A stretch of DNA of 64,000 bases, taken from the NCBI RefSeq assembly GCF_009914755.1, contig NC_060935.1. The stretch is one strand, 5' to 3'. The stretch comes from the human T2T-CHM13v2.0 reference genome, Homo sapiens. Below, piece by piece: positions 24,790-40,079 of this stretch. Under the pieces are notes generated by a model. The model was not told where the DNA came from. It saw only the letters and a list, made by a program, of their open reading frames with translations, and searched no databases. Position 1 is the first letter of the stretch, and the number at the start of each line of letters is the position of its first letter. Both the position numbers and the translations under genes were made by a program.

Positions 24790-26383
24790 CTGCAGCCAGC
24801 GAGGTTCGGAGAAGACGGAGGCAGAGAGAGAAGAAAAAGGAGGGCTGTTAGCAAAGGTACCACGGACAGGGGCTCCAAGGGGAGAGAGGAGTCCAAGCCC
24901 ACCCAGGCCCTGACATGAGTCACCCAATGTGGAAGGCCCAAATCTCAAGAAACAGCTATGTTGGGGATGAGGCAGACACAGAGCTGCTCCCTGAGTCAGA
25001 ACCTCACACACAGTCAGCCAGTACCCATCACACCCAACCCTCAAGTAACATTTCAGGAAACCGAGGCCCAGGACAGGGAAGTAACCACTCAAGGTCACAC
25101 AGAGAATCTGAGGCAGGGCCAGGAGTGGCAGTCAGGCTTCTCAACTTCCCCAGAGAGGCTCCTACCCTGCATTCCATTGCATCTCACAGACAGATGGGGA
25201 CACACTCACACCACTAATTGTCTCACAGGGTTCACTAGAGACACACTCATGCTCAGTGACACACTGACACACATAGGCACTTAGCAATCCAGTGACACAC
25301 ACTGTCTCACACAATTCACATATAAAGCCCCTGCACACAGGACCCAACCACCTACGGCCCCTGACCCTCCCAGGGGTGAAAAGACATCAAGACACAGAGA
25401 GAACAAACATGATTCTGCCACACAGCACTGTGTGACTTTCATCCTATTCACTTAACCTCTCTGAGTCCCTACTGCCTCTTCTGCAAAATGAGAGGGGTGG
25501 ACTGGATAGTTTCTGAGGCCTCTTCTGACTCTGATTCTGATTCTAGGACAAATGTCTTCTTAACATCTGGATGAGGCCAAGGGCCCCCAGGCTGGATGGC
25601 CATGCCAGTGGGGGAAGAGAGTCCAAATTCAGTGGGCCACACTGGGCCCAGACCTAGACCATGCCACATCCTTTGGATAGGCAGACCTCACCTATTAGGG
25701 CCCTGCCTGGATCTGGCCTTGGAGCTCACCAAATGGGTCAAGGGAGAAGATGGAACAACGAGAAGATGGAGACAATTCCTTCAACTAAGCTACAACTCCT
25801 CAAGCAGGTTGGGCTCTGATCTTCTTTGTAAGAGGATGGAGGTGCCCCCAGCTCCAAACATTTGCCATGTGCCCACCTCCTGGGAGCCTTTAGATGAAGC
25901 AATAGGCAGGAGGGGGAAAACAGCACAATCTACAAACACACAAACCCAGTGGGGAAACACATACTTGCATATGCAGGCCCCAGGATACACACTTATGTAC
26001 ACACAGCTATCCAGTTCACACTCACGCATGCACACATTATCTCCTCCTACCTCCAACCCCATTTGGTGATATCTGTTCATTCGCTCATAGAGAGGTAGCT
26101 ATACTCTGAAAACAAACATAGTCATTTGTCATACCTTATACCACTCCCATAATCCACGCACATACACAGGCTGAATGCAAGCACCAATACCTACACAGTA
26201 ATCTACTACATAACACTAGACACACACACCACCACCCCACAGTGACTCCAGTGGCTAAAGCCATACAGCCAGCGATGAACACAGCTCTTTATCTCCCATT
26301 TCCTAAACCTACATACACAGTCTTTCCATGTCAACATGTGTTACAAACACACTCCTCTACAACACAGAGCTGCTTCTACCTGA

Positions 26384-26710
<327 letters not shown>

Positions 26711-28455
26711 AATAGTTTTCTTAAGTAAACTGAATCACATTTCATTTATGGGGGGAGCTGGCTAATAAAGGGGCCCTCAGGAAACCCTTTGGCTCTCGTG
26801 AAGACTGCTGTGCCAGGATTTCTTTGGTCCCAGTATGCTAAGACCCTGGTCAGTCAGCACAATTGTCTCACCAGCACCTGTGCAAATAAGGAGGCATGGT
26901 GATTTCTAGATAATCCAACATGGTAGGTATTTCAAAAAGTATTTCCACCTGCCAGAAATGTACGTCATGCTATGCTCAGGAAGGTGAAACAACCAGGCTT
27001 GGTTTGTTTCTGGCTTTTGAGAGACAGCACCTAGAAACTCACATATCTCTCTTCCTCTGCTGCTCTTTGCTTTCTGCTGATTCACCTATGCCCCTCACCT
27101 GCCACCTCAGTCCCCTTCAGGGTTGGCCCCTGCCCTCCACATTCCTCTTACTTCTCCTCGCTCTCCTCAGTGATGGCTCATTTTCGTGCTCAGAGACTCC
27201 CAAACCATGGGTAGTCCCGGCCTCCTCCCTGAGTACCAGTCCTGTATCACCATGTGTCCACCCAGCAGTGCAATTGCTCGTCCAACTCTCTGACATCTAA
27301 ACTCCACCACTGAAGCCATTCTCGACACCTCCACTCCTACAACCAAGTGCTTATTCCCCTGTGCTTAGCAAAGCCCCTGCTTTCAACCAGTGCTGCCTGA
27401 GCTCCCACTACATGCCCCACACTGCCCTCATAGGTTCCAGAGATTCCATTAGTTAGCCATGTGCTGGGCACCGTACTGACCCTCACATGCAATATCACAC
27501 ATCAGCCTCACTGCAACACAGAGCTCGGTGTTATCTATCGACTCTGTACAGAGAAGAAAACACACCCAGGAGCACAGAATCACTTTTGCCCTTCTCCACT
27601 GCAATCCTAGGTCATCGTAGCCTCTGGCCTCACTCCTTGTGCCTGGTTTCCTGCAATAGCTTCCTCTTGGTCAGTCTCCCTACCCATCCCCAGCCTGACC
27701 CTCTTGGCAGAGGTAACAGATACGCCTTACTAAATACCGCTGTGATGAGAACCTTTCAGTGTTTCTGATACAAACCTCTCTCCTGTGCTCTTGACCTATG
27801 TACCCATCTGTCTTTAGAGCCGCTGTCTCTGAGTGTCTCATGGGCTTCTCACATTCAATATGTCTAGGGTGGGCCTCATAACCCTCTCCTCACCCCACCA
27901 AATTCCCTGATCAAGTTAGGCACCCAGAAAGCACCTGCTCCTTTTGTCAGGCCAATCACCGGGTCCTACTGGTTCCACCTTCTAAAACCCTAAAAACAAA
28001 ACTAAACTCCTAGAAATCCTTATCATCCCTCCATTTCCACCGGCACCGCCCAGGCCAGGCCCTGGTGAGGCCAGGCCCTGATCAGTCCCTCTCCTTGGAA
28101 CATTAATAAGCCTAGGAGATGATGCCCTCTACCGCCACTCTTTTCACCCTGAAATTCATACACCGCAGCACAACAAAGTGGTCCACTCCAACCATGTTAC
28201 GACCCTGCTGAAAACTCTTCAAAGCTTTTCAGTGCCTGTAGGTTAAAGTCGAATCTTCTCAGAAAATCCCATCCGAAATTTGACTGTTTCTTCCTCTAAC
28301 CTCTTTTCCTGCGACAATCCAGGCTGCAGCCACCCCAACTTCTTCCTGTTTCTATAATATGCTATGTTTCTGCACATAATATTTCTTGTGCTTGAAATAC
28401 TCTTCACCTACAGCTGGCTAAGAAAATCTACTCTTTCTTTAAGACCCAAGTCAAG

Positions 28456-28754
<299 letters not shown>

Positions 28755-29828
28755 GCCCCGTCCGGGGGGGAAGTGGGGGGATCAGCCCCCCGTCCGGCCA
28801 GCCGCCCCGTCCGGCAGGTGAGGGGCGCCTCTGCCCGGCCGCCCCTACTGGGAAGTGAGGAGCCCCTCTGCCCGGCCAGCCGCTCTGTCCGGGAGGGAGG
28901 TGGGGGGGGTCAGCCCCCCGCCCGGCCAGCCGCCCCGTCCAGGAGGGAGGTGGGGGGGTCAGCCCCCCGCCCGGCCAGCTGCCCCGTCCGGGAGGGAGGT
29001 GGGGGGGGTCAGCCCCCCGCCTGGCCAGCCGCCCCGTCCGGGAGGTGAGGGGTGCCTCTGCCCTGCCGCCCCTACTGGGAAGTGAGGAGCCCCTCTGCCC
29101 GGCCAGCCGCCCGTCCGGGAGGTAGGTGGGGGGGTCAGCCCCCCACCCGGCCAGCCGCCCCGTCCGGGAGGGAGGTGGAGGGGTCAGCCCCCCGCCGGGC
29201 CAGCCGCCCCGTCCGGGAGGTGAGGGGCGCCTCTGCCCGGCCGCCCCTACTGGGAAGTGAGGAGCCCCTCTGCCCGGCCACCACCCGTCTGGGAGGTGTA
29301 CCCAACAGCTCATTGAGAACGGGCCATGATGACAATGGCGGTTTTGTAGAATAGAAAGGGGGGAAAGGTGGGGAAAAGATTGAGAAATCGGATGGTTGCC
29401 GTGTCTGTGTAGAAAGAGGTAGACATGGGAGACTTTTCATTTTGTTCTGTACTAAGAAAAATTCTTCTGCCTTGGGATCCTGTTGATCGGTGACCTTACC
29501 CCCAACCCTGTGCTCTCTGAAACATGTGCTGTATCCACTCAGGGTTGAATGGATTAAGGGCGGTGCAAGATGTGCTTTGTTAAACAGATGCCTGAAGGCA
29601 GCATGCTCCTTGGGAGTCATCACCACTCCCTAATCTCAAGTACCCAGGGACACAAACACTGCGGAAGGCCGCAGGGTCCTCTGCCTAGGAAAACCAGAGA
29701 CCTTTGTTCACTTGTTTATCTGCTGACCTTCCCTCCACTATTGTCCTGTGACCCTGCCAAATCCCCCTCTGCGAGAAACACCCAAGAATGATCAATAAAA
29801 AAAAAAAATTAGAAAAAAAAAAAAAGAA
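28755..29828 (+). mobile_element. 5'-truncated SVA retrotransposon (VNTR + SINE-R + poly(A))
   Basis: VNTR units GCCCCGTCCGGGAGGGAGGTGGGGGGGTCAGCCCCCCGCCCGGCCAGCC; SINE-R from about 29300; AATAAA 29794-29799; TSD approximately aaataaataa. Confidence 0.96.
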
Positions 29829-31597
29829 AAATAAATAAATTAGCCAGACATGGTGGTGTGCGCCTGTAGTCCCAGCTACTCAGGAGGTTGAAATAGAGGA
29901 TCATTTGAGCCCAGGAGTTTGAGGTTACAGTGAGCTATGATCACACCACTGCACTTCAGCCCAGGTCTCTAAAAAAAAAAAAAAAAAAAAAAAGAAAGAA
30001 AGAATTAAAAAAAAAAGATCCAGGTCAATACACATTTGTCTCTGTTCTAAACAAAGGAGAGCTAGCCTTCCTCTTTTGTGCCAACTCTAGAAATGTACAT
30101 TCTATTATTAATTATCTTATTGAATCTCTATTGCATCTGTGTTAACATGTCTGTTTCCTGACTTGACTGTGAAATATCCAAAAGTGAGGACAATGCCTCA
30201 TTCATCTCTCTATATCCAGCTGCTTACATGGCTCCTGGCTCAGAAAAAAAGGCATTCTCCTGTTTGTTGAGTGAATAATAAAAATAACACTTTGCATATA
30301 CTGAGCACTTAGGGTGTGCCTGGCTCTTTACGCCCATTGTTCCTTTACCCGCCACTGCTACATTGTGAATGGATATTACTATCACTCCCTTTTAGAGCTG
30401 AAGAAACCAAGACTCAGAAAGTAGGAGTAACTTGGCCAAGGTCACACTGCTAGTTAGTGACAGTCAAAATTTGAACCCAAATCTGTCTGGTGAAAACTTC
30501 CAGTGGGCTACGTGCTTAGCCTGGAAGTCAAGACTTCTAGAAACTGATTCTAATCTAAGGTTCTGATCTTATCTACCATAAAACACAACCAACTTTGTCT
30601 CTTCATCATGTCCTGACCCACTCAATTCACATCCCCTGTATTCCTCATGTAGGCTACTCTCCTGGTGGGAAAGCCCTGCCCTTTCCTTTCCACCTCTATA
30701 ACTCACACTCAGTCATCCTTCTTCAAGGTCTGGCCAAGTCCCACCTCCTCCTTGAAGCCTTCCCTGACCACTAGAGCTAATAACCATAGTACCATTTATT
30801 GATCACTCAGAATAGTGCCTGGATTGTAAAGGATTTTCGTATATTAATTCACTTAGTTCTTACAACGATATTACTTCCATCTTACAGAGTAGGACGTTGA
30901 AGAACAATGTGGATAAGTTAACTGCCCAAGTTCACACGGCTAACAAGTAGCAAAGCTAGGTTCAAACCATGGCAGCCTATGCTCTTACCCATTTTGCCAT
31001 CTTTACGTAGGGGCATCTAGCTTGTCTCTGGGTCTGAGAGCAACTGCTGTCTATACCACCCTCTAGAGAAGCCTGTCCCATTCTACCTGGAGCCACTTCT
31101 ACTCACAGAAACTGTCAGGACCACAGGTACTGGATGTTAGAGCTGACAGAATAACCCAACATAGGTGATTTCATTTGCTTAACTTTCAGACACAAGACTT
31201 CACTCCCCCAGCAGAAGACAGAGATGGTGTCATAGATGGTATGTCTTGCCTAACATGTCAGGATTCCAGCAGATTGATGATCAAGGACAGTGATGAAGAC
31301 CAGAACAAAAGGGAAAAGAAAAGACTCTAAACAGCCAAAACATGCATCTAACACCCGGGCAATTAAGAATTGTTATTTTCTGGCTACTCTACACACACTG
31401 CCTAGAAGGTAGCCTTGCTCTATAGGAGTCATGGAGCTGTAAAACTGCATCCTTAATAAAGCTACTTCTACAAAAACGAAAAAAAAGAACTGTCATTTTC
31501 TCATAGGACCTCTCAGGCCCTAGCCAGAGTCCACCTACTGTTAGTGACACACAATTCTAACAGCAATTCCTAACTTAGGAATGCTGATTTCCAGGTT

Positions 31598-31674
<77 letters not shown>
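31598..31674. repeat. Compound (CA)n(GA)n microsatellite
   Basis: Visible. Confidence 0.95.
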
Positions 31675-31677
<3 letters not shown>

Positions 31678-33065
31678 TCAGTTGCTACCTGACAGCTCCT
31701 CCTACGGGTGGAGACAGAAAAACTAGAAAAAGCTAATATAAGAATTCAGAAGTACAGCAGTCAGGCATCATCTCAGGCAGGGACAAACCTCAGTGAAAGA
31801 ACCACTGCATGACAGTTTGGCATAATACCTGAGGGGAATCACGACCACCTTGAGTCATCTGAAAAAAGTTAAATCAAGTTCCAGCTATTATGCTTAGGGA
31901 GGCAGAGAGGTGTGTAACACATTGTGAAGAGATTTCCATCTAAAATGTGTTAAATGTGGGTTAGTTGTGTGTTTTAATAGGATAATGCCCTGCTCTCTGG
32001 GATGGGTTCCTCTCCAAGGACTTGGAAAACTGAGATTTTCCTGATCTATCTCCATCGACCTTTCTCTGTGCTGGGACAGCTGACCCACAAACACAGGAAC
32101 ACCCTCAGCACACACTAGCTTAAGGGAGAAGGTGTGGCCCAAGGAATTTAGGGTAGTTACTGGTTTCTGATAAAACCTTGTCCCTAAATAGCCCAAATAA
32201 ACCAAATGCAGGTAATCAATAGACCAACTGACCAGCTCTCCTTTCAGGAGGCAGCATGGAGACAGGTAGGGAGCAACAGGCTCTTGAGTCAGCTCAGGGC
32301 TCAGATCCCAGCTCTTACATCTCTGAGCCTCTCTTTGACCCTCTGTAAAATGGAGAAAGTTATTCTCATGTGGTGATCATGAGGACTAAATGGGATAAAA
32401 CATCGAAGACACCCAGCAAATGCTCAATAGCTGCGAGTCCCCCCTCTCTCCTCCCCCGACCTTGTGATCCAATTCTCTGTGTTCCAATTGCTCCTTTGCT
32501 GGGTCTGCGGCCACTACTGCTCTTCCTCCTCCTCCCAGCTGTCTGCCCCTCTGAAGTCTTGTGCTCAATTTTTCTCACCTTCTCCTTGGCCACTTCATCT
32601 GATCTCAGAGCTTCAAATACTATCTCTACACACACACAGCTCCATCTGCAGCCCCAGCTTCAACTCAAAGCTCTGGTCTCACATTCCCAATCACCTGGAA
32701 TGTCAAGAGGCACCACCACTTAACACAAGCATGATCTATTGTGCCAAGCCTGCTCCCCTTCCTGGCATTCCCCTCTCCTCTCACCCCTCCACCAAACTTC
32801 CAACCGTGCAGACCTGAAACTTCATCATCTCTGACCCCTCTCCTCCCACTCCACATCCAAGAGGAAGAATCCTACAGTTTCAGGCTCAGCAATGGCCTTC
32901 AATCACTGCCACCACAACTGCCACTACCCTTCCTTGCCACTCCCCAAGACAACCAAGGCTCAGGGCCTCAATATCTCTTGTGTGACCTATCTCCCAATTG
33001 ATTTCTTCACTACATAACTCTATAATCCCTCTGCACTTCACTCCCAGCTCCCTAAGTACAGCACT

Positions 33066-33421
33066 TTTATATATATATATAATATATATAATATATATTA
33101 TATATATAAAGTATATATATAATATATATAATATATATTATATATATAAAGTATATATATAATATATATAATATATATTATATATATAAAGTATATATAT
33201 AATATATATAATATATATTATATATATAAAGTATATATATAATATATATAATATATATTATATATATAAAGTATATATATAATATATATAATATATATTA
33301 TATATATAAAGTATATATATAATATATATTATATATAAAGTATATATATAATATATATTATATATATATAAAATATATAATATATATTATATATATAAGA
33401 TATATATAATATATATATAAA
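33066..33421. repeat. AT-rich minisatellite with six exact 40-bp units (33081-33320)
   Basis: (aatatatataatatatattatatatataaagtatatatat)x6 plus degenerate flanks. Confidence 0.95.
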
Positions 33422-33743
33422 ATTATACTTTAAGTTTTAGGGTACATGTGCACAATGTGCAGGTTAGTTACATATGTATACATGTGCCATGCTGGTGTGC
33501 TGCACCCAAATAACTCGTCACTTACATTAGGTATATCTCCTAATGCTATCCCTCCCCACTCCCCCCACCCCACAACAGGCCCCGGTGTGTGATGTTCCCC
33601 TTCCTGTGTCCAAGTGTTCTCATTGTTCAATTCCCACCTATGAGTGAGAACATGCGGTGTTTGGTTTTTTGTCCTTGCGATAGTTTGCTGAGAATGATGG
33701 TTTCCAGCTTCATCCATGTCCCTACAAAGGACATGAACTCATC
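33422..33743 (-). mobile_element. Young L1 (L1PA-type) 3' end, heavily 5'-truncated
   Basis: attatactttaagttttagggtacatgtgcac...ccctacaaaggacatgaactcatc = L1PA 3' end, reverse complement. Confidence 0.93.
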
Positions 33744-34188
33744 TTATCCATTTCCCTCCCCAAAATTCTTTTGTGGCTCCATTTGCCAATACACTGTACC
33801 CAGTTAGCATTCAATGTGAGTTAAATAATTTAAGCCAGATCATCAAGACCTGGCCTCAACCTGCTTCTCCTGCTTTAGGTTCTACTATTCTCCCTATACC
33901 CCTTGGTGCCCTCTACAGATATGATGTACATTTCCCTGTGTCCATGCCTTTGCTCATATCAGCTCCTTTGCTTCAAACGACTTCCCCCAACCAAGTTTAT
34001 TAATCAATGTTCGAGGCCAATTGTAAACAGCATGCCTTTCATAAACCTATTACTGATCCCCTCAACTTGGAAACTCTCCCCTGCACTTTGCTTGTAAGAG
34101 TAACTACCATTTACTCATCACTAATTTTATACAGCAGATGCTAATTTAATTCTTACAACAAACCTATGAGATAAGCATGTGTATCCCC

Positions 34189-34298
34189 ATTTTTTTTTTT
34201 TTTTTGAGACAGAGTCTTGCTGTGTCAGCCAGGTTGGAGTGCAGTGGCGCGATCTCAGCTCACTGCGACCTCCACCTCCTGGGTTCAAGTGCCCAGCC
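34189..34298 (-). mobile_element. Internally deleted Alu
   Basis: Alu 3' arm joined directly to terminal 'gcccagcc'; TSD-like gtatc(c/a)ccatttt on both sides. Confidence 0.75.
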
Positions 34299-34330
34299 AT
34301 GTATCACCATTTTATACATAAAGAAAAATG

Positions 34331-34640
34331 GGTCAGGTGCGGTGGCTCACACCTGTAATCCCAGCACTTTGGGAGGCCAAGGTGGGCGGATCATGAGGTG
34401 GGTGGATCACGAGGTCAGGAGATCGAGACCATCCTGGCTAACATGGTGAAACCCCGTCTCTACTAAAAATACATTAGCCAGGTGTGGTGGCGGGCGCCTG
34501 TAGTCCCAGCTACTCAGGAGGACGAGGCAGGAGAATGGCGTGAACCCGGGAGGCAGAGCTTGCAGTGAGGCAAGATCACGCCACTGTACTCCAGCCTTGG
34601 AGACAGCGAGACTCCGTCTCAAAAAAAAAAAAAAAGAAAA
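34331..34640 (+). mobile_element. AluY-like
   Basis: Alu consensus; TSD aagaaaaatg; internal duplication of the ggatca-gagg segment. Confidence 0.92.
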
Positions 34641-35040
34641 ATGAGTCTAAAGGTTAGGTACTCACCTAATGTCATGGGCCTAGGGAGTAGAGAAGACAGA
34701 TTTAAACCCAGACCAGAGCCACAGAAGTCTGTGGTTTAATCACTAAGCCACACTGCTTTACTGCATCTCTGGGCCACACACTATTGTGCTGTTTTTTTGC
34801 TACTATGTATTGAGCATTTTCTATGTACCAGGCACTGTTCTAAGCACTTTACATGAACTAGCTAATTTAATTTTCACAACAACTCTATAAAGTAGGTACC
34901 ATTATTATCTTCATTTATAGATAAGGAAATGGGGGCAAAGAGAGTTTAAGTATAAAGTCACTGCCTGGGCAGTCTGGAGGCAGAATCTCTTAACAACACA
35001 CTGGACAGCTTTTTTATCTGCTTCCTCAATTTAATAGTCA

Positions 35041-35349
<309 letters not shown>

Positions 35350-36145
35350 GTCAACTCCCAGAGCACAGAGTCATCTTATTCATCTCTGACCACACTGTAG
35401 CCCCCAACACACAGCCTAGCACAAAAGAGGCCTTGGCAACTACCTGTTGAATTAAATCACTATCACAAAACACATGAGACACGTGTGTCTACCTCCCTGC
35501 AAGCACACACATTACGACTAGTTTCCTATTTTTCTCCTGAGCAAATAGTATACACCTGACACTCTGTCCTGAACACCTGCATCATCACTCCACCTGAGGT
35601 CTCACACACATGCCTGCACATCCCTTCTTCTTTAATCCCTTTTTAGCCCCTTCTCCACACACACAGGTGACATGAGGAAGCACTGTCATGCAAACCACTG
35701 CAAGATCCCAGTCTACTCTATCCCAGCTTTGGCAGATAATCAGCAACGGTAGACAGACTCAGCCACTCCCACTGAGCTCTGTCTTCAATTACGTGTGGCC
35801 AGATCTCTGAGAGAGAGAGAGAAAATGCAAATTTCCTAGCATGGAGGTTCTCCGTCAATGAGTAAGCCCAGACCCTGGGAGAGCAGGAGGGATTCCAAAG
35901 GATACACAAATTCGTATGCACACCAAACATCTGAAGGCAGATTGAAACATCTTGCATATAAAGCTAAAACCATTTTTCTAATGTATATTTTATTAACCAC
36001 AATGGCAAATATAATATCAAAGTCATCTAAAAGCTTTTCCAAATTCACAGTGGCTTTGAGTCATTTATACTCACACTAAACAGATATAAAAATAATAACT
36101 GGAAGGGGTACTGTGAATTACTGACTTTTAAAAATGTCCTCAGTT

Positions 36146-36453
<308 letters not shown>

Positions 36454-36955
36454 TCAGTCTCAGAAAGAGTTGGGAACCATTCACAACAGATGATAAAGTG
36501 ATTATAACTCCAAGGAAGCCTGGGGATTCTGACCCCTAGAGTTGTGTCAGAGAGCAGGAGCCAGGCCTGCTCCCCTTAAAGTCTTCCTTCCTCACCCCAA
36601 TACCCAACCATGGGAGCCCATGCCTTTCCTCCTTGACTGGATGAGAAAGTACTCGAAGTATAATGAGCACAAGATATTATAAAAGCTACCTAGGAAATAA
36701 GGAACAAATAGAAGAAGAAATGAGGTTGCAGAGTGGGGAGAGAAAAGAAGGGAATCAGTAGGGTTATTGCTGTGCCTGTCATCTCCAGATGCAATCAGTG
36801 CCTACAACCCCCATGCCCACCCACAACATATATCTGAAAATATATACATACATGTTTTCATATGTACATACAGCTTTGCCTCAAGCCTTTATTCTCTCAA
36901 TTACTTATTAATATCTCTCCATTCATTCCACAAATCTTTATCAAACACCCACTAA

Positions 36956-37462
<507 letters not shown>

Positions 37463-39339
37463 TGACTCTCTCTCACACACACACAGACACACACACACAC
37501 AATGGGTCAGATACATATATTCAACCATCTCTCACAGCTTCACCACAGCTGACACAAACATTCATCTGATACCAAGCCATATTATACACACAGCCATCCC
37601 TCTCACACAGTTACTCAAACACATCTTAGACACACAACCACACAACCCGTATTCAGAAGCATGCACTTGTTTGCCTCACTGGAAGCCTCTGGCCAATGAA
37701 TCCTCTCAGGGAATGGATACAAAGGCTCTGGTTGACCAAGGTGCCTCTGGCTGCATTTTTCATACACCCAAGCCCAATTCAGCCACAGTGAGGCCAGGGA
37801 CCGGTTACCCTAACCTCCCGTAGCTCAAGCTTTCCCTCCATCAAATCAGAGGATGATTCATCCTGTTTTCTTAGGCAGGCTTTGGGGGAAGGGTAGAGGA
37901 ACCAGAGGATCAAATTAAGGTTCTGGAAAGAAAGAGTCCTCATGCAATCCGGCTGTCTTACTGAGGCCTCACGTTAAAACACAAGCACATGAGCAGACAC
38001 CCTCACACTTGGGAACTACTCACTCTACTAGGCACTAGACTCCTCTATCTGCAAACACTGGTATTCAAACAGACCCATTCACATGTCAAATACACACTGC
38101 CAGACTCGCGGGCCTCTACACGCAGGCAAACACACACCGACACAGAATTTCACAGTTTAGGAAACAGCTGAACTCCTTGGAGAAAGGGTGAGAAGGTGTC
38201 AGCTTAACTTAATACACAGTTCCTGATGACGTAACCCACAACCTTGTACCAATAACCCCAAGAAAACAATCCCCAGAACTTTTGGATGTATTCATCGACC
38301 ACAACTACAGATACACAGGCAAACGACTCTCCCAAGTGCAGACTTCCCACACCCAGGGCCACACCTGCAGGCTGGGCCCTCCCATGGCTGTCCACAGGCA
38401 CACAGCCACAGGACACCTATCCCCAAAGCAGTGCCGGGCCACATTCATGTTGCCAGCGCACACGTGCACATGCACACGCTCCCTCAAAAGCCTCTGACTC
38501 TGGGGGGACGGACACACACACACAACCGCTGAGTGGCCCACAGCTTCTAGAGGGACCAGGGGAGAGAACGTCAGGCCTGAGGCACACACGAGCTGGAAGA
38601 ACAGGGACGAGGGGCGGGGAGAGACGCGCATGCGCCGCCCCCAGACCGATGGGGGAGCCCCTCCCCACGCCCAGCCAGACCCTAATGGAAGAGGCTCCTC
38701 CCAGTGCTTCCTCTCCTCAGCGCCCCCTGCCCCCCGACACCACAGCCCCGCCCCGGGCCGCTCAGCCCAGGACCCGCCCGCACTTCACCACTTCACGGTC
38801 TTGGCCAGACTCTCGGCCTCCGGGCAGCGCGGGTGCTGGCCGGACCCCTCCCTCCGGTGAGCCTCTCTCCCAAGCGCCATTCCATAGTCAGCCCCACGGC
38901 CCAGGGTCCCACCTCGCCCTGTCCAGCCCAGCAATCTCCCATCAAACCCCACGCTCTCAGGGGTTCCACGCCCCGTCTGTCATCAAGAGAGACTATTGGC
39001 CATCTCTGACCCTCACCCAAACTGTCCACTCCTCGTCAAGAGCCTGAGAAGCCTCAGCCACCCTCTCCCTCGTTTTCCCTTTACTCTTCGGAGGCGCTCT
39101 GAGGATTTTGTGGTGAAAAAGAAACACTCGCTTCCTGGCCACAGCCTCGCAATCCCCATTCTCCCTCGCCTGCGCTGGAATCGCCATCGTGCCCTTCTCA
39201 CACTCAGCGTCCTCACGCCTAGGCCCTCATCCCTTAGTGCTTGTCCAGGCCGCACAGGCCGCACTTCCCGCCCTTGGCTCGCGGACCTTCAAAGACTGCG
39301 ACCCACTGTCGACTACGCTCCCTGCCCCAAAGCCCCGCC

Positions 39340-39790
39340 ACACGGCCTCGCCCCCTGTCTCGTAGGCCCTGCCCACACTGGCCTTTCCACACAGGCCCCA
39401 CTCAGCCCCTCACCGTTTCACATGGGGCCCCGCCCCCTGTCTCACAGGCCCCGCCCACACTGGCCTTCCACACAGACCCCACTCACCCCCTCACAGCCTC
39501 ACACAAGGTCTGCCCTGTCTCGTAGGCCCTGACCACACTGGCCTTCCACACAGGCCCTACTCATAGGCCCTCACGGTCTCACACGAGGTCCTGCTCCCTG
39601 TTTCATAGGCCCAGCCCACACTGGCCTTCCACACAGGCCCCACTCACAGCCCCTCACGGCCTCACACGAGGTCCCGCCCCCTGTCTCATAAGCCCCACCC
39701 ACACTGGCCTTTCCACGCCAGCCCCACTCACCACCCCTCACGGCCTCATACGAGGCCCCGCCCTATGCACAAGCCCCACCCACTGTCCTT
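39340..39790. repeat. About 82-bp GC-rich minisatellite, about 5 copies
   Basis: Recurring ccctgtctc..aggccc..ccacactggcctt(t)ccacacaggccccactca...cctcac at about 39352, 39434, 39513, 39596, 39678. Confidence 0.88.
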
Positions 39791-40079
39791 CAGGGGCCCC
39801 ATGGTCCCCGCCCACTGCCTTTAATGGGCCCTGTCCACGCAGACCCCCACCCACAAGCCTTCACGAACGCCTCACAGACCCTCACCCACCAAGCCCACGG
39901 GGCTTCATGCACCCCACCCTCAGCAGCCCCTTCAGAACCTGACCACACAGGCTGCCCACAGGTCGCCGCAGGACTCACGCTGACCACGCCCAAGCCGGCC
40001 CCGCCCACTCGCCCCGCCCACCGCCAACCCCACGCGCCCTCGCCCGGACACGCGTCCCCGCAGCCCTGGAGTGCTCGCA

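Noticed and set aside
24853-24873. REST/RE1-like site (ACCACGGACAG) near exon 3; also TTCAGCACCCAGACAG at 47963-47978
   Set aside because: The first lacks the TTCAGC left half and the second has a 1-nt-short spacer; insufficient without ChIP data
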